Source of the DNA: Bigelowiella natans CCMP2755
Lineage: Eukaryota > Protista > Cercozoa
Length of the DNA stretch: 51,155 nucleotides
Reading direction: 5' to 3'
NCBI GenBank assembly: GCA_000320545.1
Contig: ADNK01001801.1
Location: 1 to 51,155, forward strand
In this document: in pieces, positions 48,512-51,155 of the stretch
Numbering within the stretch: position 1 is the first letter of the stretch
Layout: every line of letters begins with the position of its first letter
Position numbers and translations under genes: made by a program
Notes under the pieces: generated by a model
Told to the model about the DNA's origin: nothing
What the model saw: the letters and a program-made list of their open reading frames with translations, nothing else
Database searches by the model: none

Positions 48512-51042
48512 ATTTGCGATTGGAATTTCTCTCTTCGCGTGTTTGAGTCAGCACCATCTCCGCAAATCTCCATGTTGTCTCCGAAAGCCTCCAAGAGTTT
48601 CCCGAAAGCGCTGGCCAGGTTCGTTCAGCGTCTTGTTTGATCCTTGTCGCAGATGAGGTGATGCCCACACAAAATTCGCGGAAATTTCCTCGTCCCCGTC
48701 CTCATTGGTCAGGCCGAGGCAACACATTGCATGCGACAATTTTAATGTGAAGTTTTCATGGTGGAATTCTCCTTTGCGGTCTAGGGATTCGGTCCCACAT
48801 TGTTTCGAAAAGGATCGATGAAACTAGAGCAGGGTGCAACTCGAGATGATCACTGGAGTTTCCTTCAACTCCCAAAGTGAGGCAGGTCACTGAATTTTCG
48901 ACATCGTGCCAGAGTCACAAGGATGCTGCCATTGTGACACCAATTCATTGGTGCAATCCACAACTTTCACTTCTGGATCAGAGTGAGCGCAAACCAGCAG
49001 TTGACAGTGGCGAGGCCCATCACTGTGGTCTGAGCCAGAGAGGTCTGGGGATGTGCATGAACAATGACGGTGCGCGGCATGTGTGCATCACGACACTTCG
49101 CACTGCACGTCGCCTCCAACCAGCTGGATCTTGCCGTTCGTGACAAGCGCATGCGTGCTGGCATGGCTGGTCCAGCGGTCCAGTGACCTCCAGTTCCAGT
49201 GATGTGGACACTGCGGTCACAGCAACAATCCCACAATGCACTTGCTTTCTGTTGCTAGCTGGCCAGTGCAGCAGCAGCTGCCACGTGCTGCCATGCACGT
49301 GACACGTGAGTGTGGAGACGCACGTGAACTTGGAAGTGAGATCGAAACATCCGCTGTGCGTGCGCTGCACTTGTTCAGGCACTGTTCATCTGTCCATGCC
49401 AGCATGCGTTGAGCGTGCACATCATCAGAGCGCATGAGCGGAAAGACAAACTTGAATGACCACAACGTTTTGCAAGCCATGCAGCAAGCGTGATGATCAC
49501 AAAGTGCCGTCAGGTGTGCCGTGTCGATGTCCACATCGCATGCATGCATGTCGTTTGTGGTGTGCATGCTGGCATGCTGGCGCATGCTGACCAGTGCTGC
49601 CATGGCTTGCATGATTGTTGGGTTTTGTTTCACACGTGCAACACCGTGTGTGCTGTGTGCTTGACACGAAGCTGGTTCGTGCTGCACTGACAAATTGATG
49701 CACGACGCACAGCGATGGATCGTTGTGTGTGTGCACCGTGCTGGCGTGTGTCACAGATTTGAGATGCGCATTGCTGTGTCCATCATTGTGACGCAATCGC
49801 AGCGACAAACTTTGCACGTTGGAATCACTGCATGCTGAAGCTCAGCCATGCCCATTTTTTCCACTTTCAAACTGCAACAACTTGAACTTCTCGCTCAACG
49901 TGACACGCGTGTGAGTGGATTCGTTCAAAGTGAAGTGACAGGTGCATCAGCGACGTTGGGCAAGCTTCTCAGCTTCTGTGAAGAAAGCACTCACCTGAGA
50001 CGTTGGTGAAGCAATGTGCAAAGTTGTTGTCTTGCATCATCCTGCTCCTTGTTCCATCCACATCCCAGCACCAGGAAGGACATCATCACCGATCACGTGC
50101 AAAGTTTTCTTCTCACCAGCTTTTTTTTGACACGACGTTCACCTTGTTTCGTTTCTGCACGCTGTGCGTGAGTTCAGGAGAAGTGTGGTTGGTGTGCTTC
50201 GTCTCAGTTCGTTCCACCCAGCGATCAACCTGTCGAAGTGTCAGCAGCACCTCGCTGAGTTCCAATTTTGAAACGTTGAAATCCTTTGTCAATTTTGGAG
50301 AAAAAGGAAGAAATCAAGCTTCTTTCTGGCATCATTGCTTCAATCATGGGCGGGCCTGGTCCCAAATTCTTGACATCTTCCAACCTTCTTTTCAAGTCCT
50401 GGTGAGCTTTGTCGGCAGCTGTGGCTTCTCTGAAGGCATTCTTCTGTCCGCAATGTGCAGCAGCAAAGGATGGCGAAAATCGCATGGGATCCACTGAGCC
50501 ACTGCTAGACTGGCGGATGAGGAGGACAATGACGATGGTGATTCTCCAACTTGCGGACCTGCTGCTGCTGCTGCTGCTGCTGAAGGTTGTGAAACACTGT
50601 GATTTTCAATGCCACTGTCATCGTGATTTGCATTGTGATCATCGTTGTGTCCAGGTGGCTTCCTTGAAGATTCTTCCTCTCGTTGTTTGCTGTTTCGTTC
50701 TCCTCTCAACTTGTTTTGTCGCGACGCAATCGAGGCGATTTCTCTCCCTTGTCCTGCTCCAATTCCTTTTTCGCCTTTTCCCTCTTCCTCCGCTGCCTTG
50801 TCATCCACGTGTTCTCTCCTGACCTCTTTGATGAGCGCTTTTGCCTCGAATCGTTGCACGTCCAATGCTCTCTGCTTCTCAAACTCGTGATGGGCAGACT
50901 GCACTCGTTTCGGTGTGAGCTTGCCAACTCTTTCTCTGTTGTCAGCGTCATCGTCTTTTTCAATGCCACTTTTCTGGTCCTCCTCCTCCTCCTGCTGCTG
51001 CTGCTGTGAGGCAGAGTCACATGAAGGATGATGTGAGTTGGG
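48512..51042. other. TpA-free compositional island (subtelomeric)
   Basis: Manual count: 5 TpA in ~2530 bp (TTAA at 48742; CTAG at 48781, 48824, 49255, 50505). Confidence 0.93.
49840..51005 (-). pseudogene. Subtelomeric gene relic (charged/coiled-coil-like protein), Tyr-free
   Basis: Coding-like frames QEEEEDQKSGIEKDDDADNRERVGKLTPKRVQSAHHEFEKQRALDVQRFEAKALIKEVRREHVDD... and DPMRFSPSFAAAHCGQKNAFREATAADKAHQDLKRRLEDVK, preceded by a pyrimidine-rich CAG acceptor. No upstream exon before the telomere. Confidence 0.5.
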
Positions 51043-51155
51043 TTAGGGTTAGGGTTAGGGTTAGGGTTAGGGTTAGGGTTAGGGTTAGGGTTGGGGTTAG
51101 GGTTAGGGTTAGGGTTAGGGTTGGGGTTAGGGTTGGGGTTAGGGTTAGGGTTCGG
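51038..51155 (+). repeat. Telomeric repeat (TTAGGG)n
   Basis: 18 hexamers at 51043-51150 (15 TTAGGG, 3 TTGGGG). G-rich strand runs toward the sequence end, as expected for a chromosome terminus. Confidence 0.97.

Noticed and set aside
48512-51042. Classical RIP or CpG-methylation decay as the cause of the skew
   Set aside because: RIP would raise TpA and lower CpA/TpG, and 5mC decay would deplete CpG. The opposite, or neither, is seen.

Overview
Terminal ~51 kb of an intron-rich eukaryotic (protist-like) chromosome, ending in a (TTAGGG)n telomere. Host genes, most with microsatellite-stuffed introns: a beta-propeller repeat protein (partial), a PlsC-type acyltransferase, an SLC25 mitochondrial carrier, an intronless secreted VWD-like protein, a 13-exon G-protein alpha subunit, a ~9.5 kb bZIP transcription factor and a membrane-anchored DnaJ protein. 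There are two near-identical copies of a young Ty3/gypsy LTR retrotransposon. One is intact, with identical 326-bp LTRs. The other is rearranged so that two 5' LTRs face each other as inverted repeats. The most striking signal is compositional: several intergenic and subtelomeric islands have lost almost every TpA dinucleotide, and the survivors are nearly all in CTAG (48512-51042: 5 TpA in ~2.5 kb, 4 in CTAG; 27032-28365: 8 TpA in ~1.3 kb, 7 in CTAG). CpA/TpG are abundant there and gene relics show His/Cys where Tyr would be expected. This points to a localized TpA->TpG/CpA hypermutation process, the mirror image of fungal RIP. The retrotransposon polyprotein also ends in a domain resembling the Dam-like N6-adenine methyltransferase of DIRS elements. 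All counts and alignments were made by eye and no database searches were run, so novelty relative to the literature is unverified.
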